A program made the translations under genes and the position numbers. A stretch of DNA of 58,593 nucleotides, the filler included, from Dimargaris cristalligena (taxonomy: Eukaryota): the NCBI GenBank assembly GCA_003614675.1. It is 2 parts of 2 records of this genome, joined end to end, with 100 filler letters (N's around TTAATTAATTAA, not from the genome) between each part and the next. Parts side by side here need not be neighbours in the genome. Positions count along the whole stretch, not along the records: positions 1 to 29,247 come from ML002486.1; 1 more part is not named here. One strand, written 5' to 3'. How positions within the stretch are numbered: position 1 is the stretch's first letter; every line of letters begins with the position of its first letter. The notes under the pieces are model-generated. The model saw only the letters and a list, made by a program, of their open reading frames with translations, was not told the origin of the DNA and ran no database searches. Positions 1 to 11,077 of this stretch are shown one piece after another.

Positions 1-3000
1 GTGTAGGGCATCCGAACCGCCAGGCTCCGCTGCGACTTGGAATTATAATGAGTTCTTATGCGGAAAGGCGGATCCCCAAGCCCCCTTTCCCACTGCCGTT
101 TCAACAGGTTTGTACAGGGCGGTTGGGCAACTGTTCGATGGAAATAAGCTACAGTTTGGGGGCGGTGGGAATGAAAGCCAGTTACTGGTTGGGGTAGAGG
201 TAAATAACTTGACCTGGTAGGATTGATTTTTATGAAGGATATTATATATGGATTATAATCCCACTTAATAATTATGCATAGTGATAGGGAGGGTGTTCGA
301 GCGATATGAGGCGGGTAAGGCCTGTTTTGCCCTTCCAAATCCGGGTGGGGTGACATGGACGTACCGCAAGGATGACCCACTATTAAGCAGAATGATAGGG
401 GGGCGGTGTTAACTCCCCCCTACAAAAGGACTTAAACTATTACTTGGAGAATCCGGCTTCTAGACGAGTGTGCCAGAGGCTCTGCTCTGTTTCCAAATGC
501 ATTAAAATATATAGTTTTTAGCCATGGTGTGCATTACACATTTGTCCTTCGGCTATCGCGTCGTCCATATTTGTACAGTGATTGGGGTGAAAGTCGGGAG
601 TTGGTTAATAGTTAGAGAGCATGGTGGAATAGATACTAGTTGGCGGTATGAGACGGACCACTCGTTATACCTGAATAGTCCTGAATATGCCTATGCTGAA
701 CCGTAATTAGGGGTGACCTCGCACCTCCCTTCTTATTCAATGCCCTCCACTTTCACTAAATTGGGCATACCTTTTCTATCGGCGATTGAATTCCGCGGCA
801 GTCTTTTTCTAAACGCTAACTTGGCATGGTATTTACCCTATTCCACCCAGCCGCATCAGCTGACGACTTTATTGCCCAGGATTTACCTCCGTAGGTGTAC
901 AATTCGGGAAATATGCACCCCTTCCCCAGTTGCAATTCTATTATAACATGCTCAATAGCCAATTCATCCTGGCCATTTTACACCGTTAAATAATACTTGA
1001 ATCAATGGCCATCAATTGCGTTGTGCGCCAAATGCATTGGCAATTATACATGATTATCTACGCCATTCACGACTTACTCCATCAATATAGGAGTTTCCCG
1101 GTATCGTTTTTTGACAATAGCCAAGTATATTTTTGTGCTTCCTGTTGGCCGATCCAGCCTTGCACATTTCGGCTCTCACAGCCCACCAAAACCCACTCAC
1201 TGCCTCGTCTACCACAGTCCCTATCCAGACTATACCCATCTTTGCCGGGCCACCATACTGCCCCTATAATGTCCTGATATTGTAACACTAAAACAGGGAG
1301 GGGGATGGTACTCCTGTCATAGACCCAAAGTTGCGGTGACTGGAGCTACAATTATAGAAAGTCACTCGCAAGTACGGAGATGCACCTACATTCAACGCCT
1401 GAAAACAGGACACTCTCTCTATAATATTGTTGTTGTTTTTTTTTAGAATTGACCTCCTCTTAAGCAAGTTGGTAGCCGGACTTTGTATATCCCCACACTA
1501 TACTGAGGCTCGTCGCGAATATTCACTCTAATTGGACGCCTCAGTAGGTGGGGCCCAGCCACCCGGCATGACGATAAAATGTCTTCAGGTAGAGCCTTCG
1601 CGGGCCTTGAACCAATGGCGAGCCTTCGGGGAATGGTGACATTAATGTGGTTTTGACTGACGAGCCAAACAATAACTAGGCATTAAAAAGTGTTACAGTG
1701 TAAAATAATATATTTATACTAACACGTTGGAACCAACTCTTCTAGTCGGAAACCTCTTTAGCAACGTACAAGCTTCATTGGCAACTAATCATTCGATGAG
1801 TTAAATAATCATAATTAAAGGAGTAGTCGGGGTTTAGTTATCAGAGGATTAACGTTCAACTTTCACGTTGACCGTAAGGCACGCCCTTCTCAAGTCGGTC
1901 AATATCCCTGGATCACAATACCTCGTAATGACCGTTGGGCTAGGAGGATCTGAAATGGGGGCCCCCTGGTCCCGCTTGGAGGCTTACCAGTGTTGGCCAT
2001 TTTTGGCAATTGAACAAAATACCAACTGGCAAATCGTCTACCCGAACTCAGTCGATTACAACAAACACATTTCAATTGGATGAAATAGGAGCACTTAATA
2101 CAAGTGAGGTACTGAATTTAAAAATAATAATGGCAGTGTGGTTGCGTGAATTGTGCATACGCCACGGCAGCAGCACAGTTCGATGAATCAGTCTACTACC
2201 ATTTTCAGAACAAGGACCAAACAGCAGGAGCAAACATCCCTTCAACCCCCCCCCACTGATATAGGGACTCGATAGAAAGTAGATTCTTTGGCTCAGAAAA
2301 TGGTGGGCTCGAGTGGGCCAGCCGTTTGAGGAATTGCGAAGGGTTAAACTAACAAGGTTGGTAGGCATCCCCCCCGGAACGTTGTAGCAATGCATATACA
2401 GCATGTAAATTTACCAAAGCATGGATGAAAATTGACATTTAATATATGAAATACAATTGTATGGACAAGAAGATATGTCCCATCGAAAGGTGTACAATAC
2501 TTACGAAACTGGCCGAACTGTAACCCACAGAATGTAAACCCGTTAACAGAAAGCAATTGAAATAATCCCTGATTCAGCGAGGGATTCCCTACGGTTTTCT
2601 GTTGAGAAGGGTTCGAAACCACAACATACCCATGGTGAAGGTGATTCCCCGTTGAATGCCAATGGTTGGGAATAGCGTATGCCGTTAATTTTTTGGCAGG
2701 CGGTCTTTTAAAATCCATGCACCCAATAACGGAACCTAATGAAAGTGGTAACTTGGTCATTAGTATATACCCCTATTGTTACTCTATCCATCTGATTACT
2801 GAGGAACCGTTTATGGAAACCTGACTCACTCTACACATAAGCCATACATACCACTATTTAAGGAGAGGTAGGTTGATCCGCAGCTGTCCTACCTTAGCAC
2901 TGTTGGTTATAATATGGACTTGAGAATGCTACATTTACATGTATGGTTTCATGACCGCCTGCTTCTGTTGGATTTCAAAACCAGCTTTCGCCCAAGGGTT

Positions 3001-5368
3001 ACTGCTAGTATCTAATATACTTTTATTTCACAGGATACAAAGCGCGAGGGCCTTCCCATGACGTGTCTATACAATGTGCTTCTATAACACTCCCGAGTAA
3101 GAAATTTCTAGAGAGAGAGTATATGTAGAATATATGTATTGTTTGACTTACTTAACCTTTGCCCTTTCTCTTGTTAATTCCTTACCAATATACAACCACC
3201 GCGACCCTACCGCTTTATACTGACCTATGTTGCACCTAAATGTATAGACCAGGGCCTGCGAACCCACCAAGCGTAGTGATGGCAATTAATATATAATGGG
3301 TTTGGGTCTGACTAACTATACTGGCATCGGGACTTGCAGGGAAGCAATGGGAATAGGGTGTATATTAGGGAAACTGAGGTAATAATAATCAATTGTTCCA
3401 GAAACAGTCCAATGAAATTATATGTATGAGTACCCATTGGGCTAGTGTATTCCTACTGTCGGGCGACTATGCTTGGTTTCGACTGGTATGGTCTAATTCT
3501 TTATCCGGGTACTGATATTCTGGACGCGGTATTACTGACTCGGGGGTCAGGTTGTGGGCTGATGATTCAGTAGGCTGTTTTCACATTAAACTATTGTATA
3601 GGAAACGAATATTTTGTGTAACGGGGGGGTTTCTTCAAGGAAGTCCATGCTTGAAGCAAAGAACAAGAGTAGGGTTGATAATAGTAAAAAACCTAAACGA
3701 TTTGGATATCGGCTGTTGCCTGTCTGGATGATATATATGGGGAATGAATAATCTAGTTATATGACAAACAGTATCTTTTTGACGAGACAGGGGGGGGTAG
3801 TGTTGGGCGAAAATATACATGCCGCCTGTTTCCAATATACAGCTGAGCCAAACGTCGCCCATATACACACTGTGGCTTAGGAGGGCTAACCCCCATTGGT
3901 CCCCAACAACCCAATGCCCGTTGCAATACAAGTTTTGTAGGGTCTTTAAGTGTGTGGCCTATCAGCTAGTATTACCTGCGCAGTAATTTATTGAACTAAT
4001 TTCGATACACAATGAAGGGGGGGACCAGCATGCTAGTTTCTAAGATATATGGGTAAAAGAGAAAATATAAGGGTAAAAGGACAGTTTGCAAGGCTGACCA
4101 ACTCTATATTGAACTATTTCTGTTAGTCAATGATGACAGAGTTCCCTGTAAAAGGAAACACTGTCTCAATAACATATTAACATAATAGAGCTCTGTCAAT
4201 TGTACAGGCACTTCAGGTTGTACAACAATTGGGTACCGGCTCTGAGGTACCAAGTCTAGGGGGTGCACATGCTTGATATAGTCGCCCTGTTAGCACCATC
4301 TATAGCTGACAGGGTCAGTTTCCCACTTGTAGAAGATGCCATGTTTGCCAGATTCGACGAGTCGGTTCCGAGGATGGACGTAATTGTTGTTTTGGATTGG
4401 CGGTAACGGGCAAACAGATGTAGTATTAGCGAAGAAATGCTGTAAGAAGTCCCTTTTATACTGTGATAAAAGGTGACCTTGGCGGTTGCTACTGGACCAC
4501 ACTGGATAAAATAATGGTAGCTATTTATTCGAGCTTCCAGACGGTACTTTAGAAGGGGGATGCCTCTAATTAAGGCATATATAAAGTGACATATCGGATG
4601 AGCAAGTTGGAGAATACGGTTGTTTCTGAATACAACTCGCACCTCATCACTTGCCTGTATTCACTCTCACTTACAGTAAAAATGTAAAACTGTACTACCA
4701 GGCCGCACTCACCATGTGCTGTAGGGGCTGGCAGATTCCTGCAGTGAACGCGTATGCTCTATCCAAGTAATACACCATCGATGTCTTTGATTATATTTCG
4801 CTAGTCAATAACAAGAAGCCCTAATATATCTGCCGATTTACTACAGCATCTTTTCCTATGTCTCAGACACTGCTCCCCTTCTTGACTTACGAAGGTTCCC
4901 CCTTGCTATTACTATTACCGGTATTATGATTGTTATTGTTTTGTTTCGATAGTCCATTCGAAACACTTCCATAACATAACACTGTAACTACGGGGGAAGT
5001 GCAATTTAAATGTTTGTGATATTTTATGATATGTGGATGGTCAAAAAGGTTAGAGGTATATTTTATTAATCCAGTACTACTTTTACCGTCAATTGTTTTG
5101 TTGTTTTTTCCGTTTTACAGTTAGATTGAATCTCACCCACAATTACTTTCTATAACCGTTCGCTAGCTAAATCCAAAAATTTCTTGTTGAGCCTCTACCA
5201 GTACAGCAATGGCAGATTGCTTAATGTTCGCCATTCACATGGAATCCAGGTGCAGTTTATCATGAGACATAATCTACGTTGGCCTATACCATGTGCCACC
5301 AATGTATGGCCCATGTGGAAAAATAAAATAATATCAGTTATAATATATGTAATGCTGAGTGGATAATG

Positions 5369-6370
5369 TTAGGCAGCCTTAATACCCAGGATTTCGTTTA
5401 ATGAGGCAGCATCCCGGGTGCTCATTTTCTTGTTCCTTAGGAATTTCGCCCGATGGCTGTTCGATTATGCCCGGAGTTATAGATGGTCCAGATAAAATAA
5501 TATCGAATAGTAACCAATGTATCGGTAAGAGTTAGTTCATGACCAGAAGCATGGGATCACACAGTCATAGTGGTGTAGAGCGCCGGCAACTGGGTCAATT
5601 GAAACCCGAAATAGAGTAAAGGGGGAGGAGGGTAGTTAATGGCCACCACCCTCGGCTTTCATATGGCCCTACGCAATCAACTTACCCACGGAGAACCGTA
5701 CGGGACGTAACACTTGAATCAGTGGGGCCGACGTTAGGTGGAGACTCGGAAGCATCTTCGGACGACGACGGGTCACCCTTACGGGACTTCTTGGCACTTT
5801 TTGAATCTTCATCAGACCGACTGCGTTTCTTGGACTTTTTGTCCTTTTTAGCCTTCTTGGCCTTTTTGGGGTCACTGCTACTCTCTGGGGTAGACGTGGG
5901 CTCGGTTGTTTCGGCGGTCGTAGAATTGCCCGATGGCGGGGGGTTACTACTGTTAAGTCGCTCCAGCAGTGCCCCGAAGCCCGAGGCCTTCTCTATCCAT
6001 TTGTCGGAGGTGTTGACGTCGGCCCCGATACCTAGAGTTGTGGTCCGATGCTTAACCACGATGTGCTTCGTGACTCCGTCCCGGTTTGTGCCGAGACCTT
6101 GGCCATCCGCCCAGCCCATTTTCTCGAGTAACCGGAAGCCGAACCGACCGGTGTCTATAAGAGGGAGTTGGGGATTATACGTGGGTTGTAAAGTAGGGGT
6201 GATTAATGGAGGTAGAAGTCCAGCTGAATGGGGCGGTGGAGTATTCTACCGGGCAGGGGGACTGGTGGTGGAAAGGGGGAGCAACAATGGCCGGACATAC
6301 CTTTACTCCAGGCGTGGTTGTTGGGGTCGACGGCGCGAGCCACCTTCTTCTTTTTTTCGGCGAGCCCCAT
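5369..6370 (-). CDS. PXR1: G-patch ribosome-biogenesis/telomerase-inhibitor protein Pxr1/PinX1 (Gno1), 3 exons, about 208 aa
   Basis: Exons 6370-6301, 6154-5686 and 5456-5369 join in phase across GT..AG introns to give MGLAEKKKKVARAVDPNNHAWSKDTGRFGFRLLEKMGWADGQGLG... (Pxr1 N-terminus plus G-patch), a Lys-rich segment and HRAKFLRNKKMS...NEILGIKAA*. Confidence 0.92.
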
Positions 6371-6726
6371 GGTGCTTAGAAATAAAGGACTGGGGTATAG
6401 GAGATACTTTTAAAGAAGGCAGGCTTCGGCTAATGGCCTATTTACTAGAATGGAGGAGGAATCGGGCGGAGGTAGTTAAAAGAAAACACCCTGTTGGATA
6501 ATGACATGCGACTGAGAGGGGTGGTGAAATGGACAGTGGTTAACCATTCTACTAGACAGCTAGCTCATGTGAAGGACAGCTTGACTAGGAAGCAGCCCAA
6601 GCCAAAAGAGAAAGGAATAAAGAAGAAAAAAAAAAAGACCGAGCTAATAATTGAGCACACCCTAGACAGTCCAAAAGGAGGCCTCATTATGATTGGCGGC
6701 CATAGTAGAGGGAGGGGGGTTATCGA

Positions 6727-6734
6727 GTCACGTG
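6727..6734. promoter_or_regulatory. E-box/Cbf1-type site GTCACGTG in the divergent PXR1/hydrolase promoter
   Basis: Exact RTCACGTG match with an ATTGG (CCAAT) box about 35 bp away; function is inferred. Confidence 0.4.
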
Positions 6735-6954
6735 GTTTAAAATTGGACCGGTGATGATGTATATCCACCTCCACCACCGATCTACCTACCTACCTATATG
6801 ATGGTATTGGATTGGATGTCCGACGGTATGGCGCCCGAAGAAGGCGGGGAAGGTGACCATCCCATTAACGGAGGGGGAGAGAGGAAGGTGGATTTTCCAA
6901 GCCAGCCTTCCCACCCTTATTAATGCTACTGCGCTGGCGGGCTTTGTTTGTCTC

Positions 6955-6980
6955 TACTTTACTTTACTTTACTTTACTTT
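6955..6980 (+). repeat. (ACTTT)5 pentanucleotide microsatellite
   Basis: tactttactttactttactttacttt upstream of the hydrolase ATG. Confidence 0.85.
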
Positions 6981-7072
6981 CGTTCCATTTCCCGAACTCA
7001 TTATTCTATTTCCTCTCGTCGTCTTTTCTTTCAAACCCCGCACCTGGTCTGCTACTTGCCGACTCCCATACT

Positions 7073-8862
7073 ATGGCCACCCTCACGCCAGGCTACGGTA
7101 GTTACACCAACTCGTCTTATCAAGACACTGTCTCAAGTGCCGGCTCACTCTCCATGCTAAACACTAGCGAGTCCGTCAAGTGGATTCGCGCCAACGACGG
7201 CCACGAGATATATACCCGCACCTACCGGGTAAGTCTACGAAGCCCCTCCCCGCTTCAGTCGCCCTGCCCCGCCTCTCCCCTACACAGTCGTCTAAACCCC
7301 TACAATTTATACCCTATACCCTATATGCACTTTATCCCCTCCCCTCCCCTAGCCTATCCACCGCAGCATCCTGGCCACCGTCGTGCTGGTCCACGGCTTC
7401 GGTGAGCACTGCGACCGCTACTCCAAGTTAGCCCGCCGCTTCACGGACGCGGGTATCCAGGTGTACACCTACGACCAGCGGGGCTTCGGCAAGACCGGGC
7501 GGCAAAACGGCCGGCCCGGCCACACGGGCGGTTTCCAGAATCTTATCGATGACCTTTCCTTTATCTGCAGCCGTGCTTACCAATCCGAAATACCCACTAT
7601 AATATTTGGTCACGCCATGGGCGCTGTCGTGGCCCTTGACTACGCGAAAAGCTCCATGGCCCGACTGCCCATTGCCGGAGTCATTGCTCAGGGTAAGTAG
7701 TATATCCATTATTTTCTTTAATATAAAGGTGGGAGTGGTCGGCCAACCATTCTTGTTCCCCAACGAATCACAGACCCCACTCGCCCGTGGATCCATCCAG
7801 TCGCAGGCCAGCCTGGTGATATCTGGGGCCGTATTCGATTACGATGCTGGAATTCCTCTATTTCACACGCCTATAGTATATAGAATGGGGACCATCCACA
7901 ACGATAAATCCAGTTACGGCTCACCCTGGGGACTTCGCCGACTCCCTTTCTGAACTAACCCCCTCTCCTAGTTTGGTGCGGGTTTCCTCCTTGGGCAGTC
8001 TGTTATTATTATTGCTTTTCTTCTCCTCCTGTCCAGCCGATTAGCGTGCGGTCGGATGGCCATGAAACCACCTATTGCGTCAGGATCAACCCATGTGGCA
8101 CGTGGCCAACCACGCCAAGGCCTTGGCGCCGACTGCCATCTATTCCTTTGCATGCACCTCCATGTGTCCTCCAGCGACTAACCCTCCTTTTCCCTGCCTA
8201 TACGTCGATTGTATATCTATTCTTACTCGTATATCTCTCATACCGTCGTGCCTTCCTCCTGGATACTGGTGACTCCCGGACCGCTTCATTAATTGAACAA
8301 TGGAATACACCCAGCCCCCGCCATCCGAACCAACACCGACCTCCATCCCAACCGGGTCGCAGTGTCGCTTGGTCACCTGGCCGCTAAAATTGTCAAAAGC
8401 AAAACCATAGACCTCCCCATCGAGCCCGAAATGCTGACCCGTGACCAGCAGGTGGTGGCGGAGTTCAAGGCCTCCGACTACAACTACGAGATTGGATCCT
8501 TGCAGACCGTATCCGATCTCCTCAAACGGGGCCCGATGCTACTAGATACCTGCCACACATTGACCGACTGCCCCGTCCTCATCACTCACGGCGACGAGGA
8601 TCAAATTACCCCCTATCAGGGCAGCCGCGAACTGTTCGAAAAACTCCCTTTTGATATCGACAAGGAGCTGAAAATTTACCGAGGCTGTTTCCACGAACTG
8701 CACCACGAGCCGGTCAAGGATGAGATCATCGCCTATTATATTGAGTGGGCCCTCAAGCGGGCGGACATGGCACTTCTCAAGCAGGACTTAGCTAGTAGCA
8801 CCCATACCGGGATCCGAAACAGCTCCACCTCCTTCCGGCCCATTTCCCCCAGTCTGCTCTAA
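7073..8862 (+). CDS. Alpha/beta hydrolase, monoacylglycerol lipase/lysophospholipase (Hydrolase_4, Yju3-like) family; nucleophile motif GHAMG; 3 exons, about 347 aa
   Basis: Exons 7073-7228, 7353-7692 and 8315-8862 join in phase. Motifs VLVHGFGEH, YDQRGFGKT, FGHAMG, HGDEDQIT and FHELH are present. Confidence 0.88.
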
Positions 8863-10855
8863 CCCCACGGTTTAATTCCAATTGGCTGCGATTAGCAAAG
8901 CAGTTGGCCTTTTCCCTTTTCATTACAACCGGGGGGCGAGGGGGTGCTGTCATCCAGTCCCAATAAGGACCCTCCCGCCAGCTTGTACTGGCAATCTCCA
9001 CACGCTCACTTACCATTGATAATCACGCTAAATTATTCCTTATATATCTAGGTTTTTTATACATATAATAACACTGTAATATTCCCTTAATAATAATTGA
9101 TCTATCTCCACCTGCCTCTTGTATAACCACTACAATTTTTGCATATTGGTGTACTCTATACCTCAAATACGTTATATTTTTTACCCACTACCTCAGAACC
9201 ATTCTAGGCCTGTTTGATTTAAAGTAACTCTATATGAGATTCTGCATTATATCCGATTTCCTCCCCTTTGTATCCACTGTATTCCTTTAATTTTTCATTC
9301 AGATGACTGACTTTGCGATGGTTTGCGTCTAATGGCGAATACAAACTAGCCCTTCATAGTAGGATGGGGTATGTTTTGATATAAAATAATGTGACGTTGT
9401 AAACACACGCCCACCGAGTTGACACTGAAATATACCCCTCGTAGGGGAGTAGGTCCGACTAATTCGAGATTCGGGGGGGGGGATAGTCAAGAGGAGGTTG
9501 ACGGTGACCCGATTGTCGGAAGTACCCTTCAGGGGGAGGAGAAGAAAGGGGAGGTGATAAGGGGTGAACGGCCATTTACCTGGGGATTCCGGGCTAGGGG
9601 CCCCTATTAGACGCAACAAGGGTGCTCTTTTTTAATTGAGCGACAGATAAAGGATATGCGGGTGGGATTGAAACCAGCCGTTGGCCGACGATCACTGTGT
9701 CGTTAAGTCCTTGAACCAGCTGGAACTAACCCCCAACCCTACGCGTAATTTGTGCAGCATGGGGGTGGATGGCAAGGTTGTTTTTTTGGGCGTATACGCC
9801 AATACCCTCCAGCAGCTGAGAGAATTACCCCAGCAAACGAGACTAAAGATAAGCCAAGCAGACTGAGGGAAAATCCGTTACCCTAATGAATGGGTTTCTA
9901 GAAACTAGGGCACATCATTTACAGTCCGTATGCCACGGTGGAAATTGGTGGACTGGAATGGCTGAAGCGCCAGGTAGGTGTATGTAATAGAGTGTACGTG
10001 ACACAATGATAAGCCGACTGCTTGCGAATGGCTTCGTATTGAGCGATACAGTCACCACAGCATCTTGTCAAAAGCCATCCGACAGATTGGCCGTGGTGGT
10101 GGGAATTGAGCGGAATCAACAAAGGCAAACAATAGGCTTTGCTACCGAAACCTTAAGCAATTCAGCACTCGCCCACCGTGAAGGCTAGCGTATATATATA
10201 AATAGCATATATATGTGGCCCAAAGTGGAAAAGGGATCGGCCGGAGGGACGGATTCGAAGGCCAAATTGGGCACACCCGCGGCTTCAGAAGCTTAAAGCG
10301 GCTAGCCGTACAACTAACTGATGCCCCACGGCTAGTCAAGCCGAGCAGCATATCCAAGGGGCAGAGCCCAGACCAACCCCGATCAGCCTGTTTTCCAGTA
10401 GGGAGTGTGGCTGGATTACCCGTCATGGCAGAGAGCGAGGGCAACAAACATCCACGCAGAGGAGAGACGGCGTATATCATCATCCTCCTACCTCTTCTCT
10501 ACATTCACCGGCCCCGCGATGTGAAGAGGTTCGAGTGATACTCGGCGACTTCCGAGTTAGCGACCAAATTAGCGGCCACAGGTTGCGGGATCTACAGTAC
10601 TCACGTTTAGGGCTAGTCGCCATGGTTGGGCAGCTTAATCACTCAGCGGGGTTGGCGGGGTTTTGAAGTCCGCCCGAAACGGCCGGCGCACCAATCGGAC
10701 ACGCTTCGTTACTTGCCCACCGCGCTCTCCTTAATTTCTCCAGCCATGTGCTGACTAAACTGGACCGCCCGTCTCCACTTCCCCTCCCTCCCAGACTACT
10801 GTCTAGTTGCTTTCTACTTCGTCCCTTATGAATTCCTCAGCCTCTTCTTTCCCCT

Positions 10856-10880
10856 CACTTCACTCCACTCCACTCCACTC
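10856..10880 (+). repeat. (CACTC)n pentanucleotide repeat
   Basis: cacttcactccactccactccactc. Confidence 0.8.
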
Positions 10881-11077
10881 GGCTTTCCTTGTAAGCCCCT
10901 CACCCTCCTTCCCCTTATAGACGATTATTATTTCTTGTATTTATAAATTCCCATTGCCGACCCTCCCATTCGACTTCGTTATTCCTGCGAGGTTCCTACT
11001 TCTTGGGGTCGTCTTTGCTCTACTTTCCTCCGTTTCCGTTTTGCCCCTCTCATGTCGCGGGCTCCGCTGAGTAGGTC

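Noticed and set aside
2609-2625. GGTTCGAAACC resembling a tRNA T-loop (similar motif near 36863)
   Set aside because: No complete T-stem, acceptor stem or D-arm can be formed.
4130-4245. C/D snoRNA-like boxes (ATGATGA at 4130, CTGA at 4242) and an 11-bp inverted repeat (4134-4144 / 4188-4198)
   Set aside because: No terminal stem, the stem would sequester the C box, and I recognise no rRNA-complementary guide.
524-5366. Short ORFs (60-138 aa) in the first 5.3 kb, including 2344-2760, 3635-3931 and 4256-4642
   Set aside because: No recognisable motifs, no coding-like codon bias and no consistent splice model. A decayed gene or repeat cannot be excluded without a homology search.
5722-6501. 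259-aa plus-strand ORF
   Set aside because: Antisense shadow of PXR1, running across its intron; low-complexity translation.
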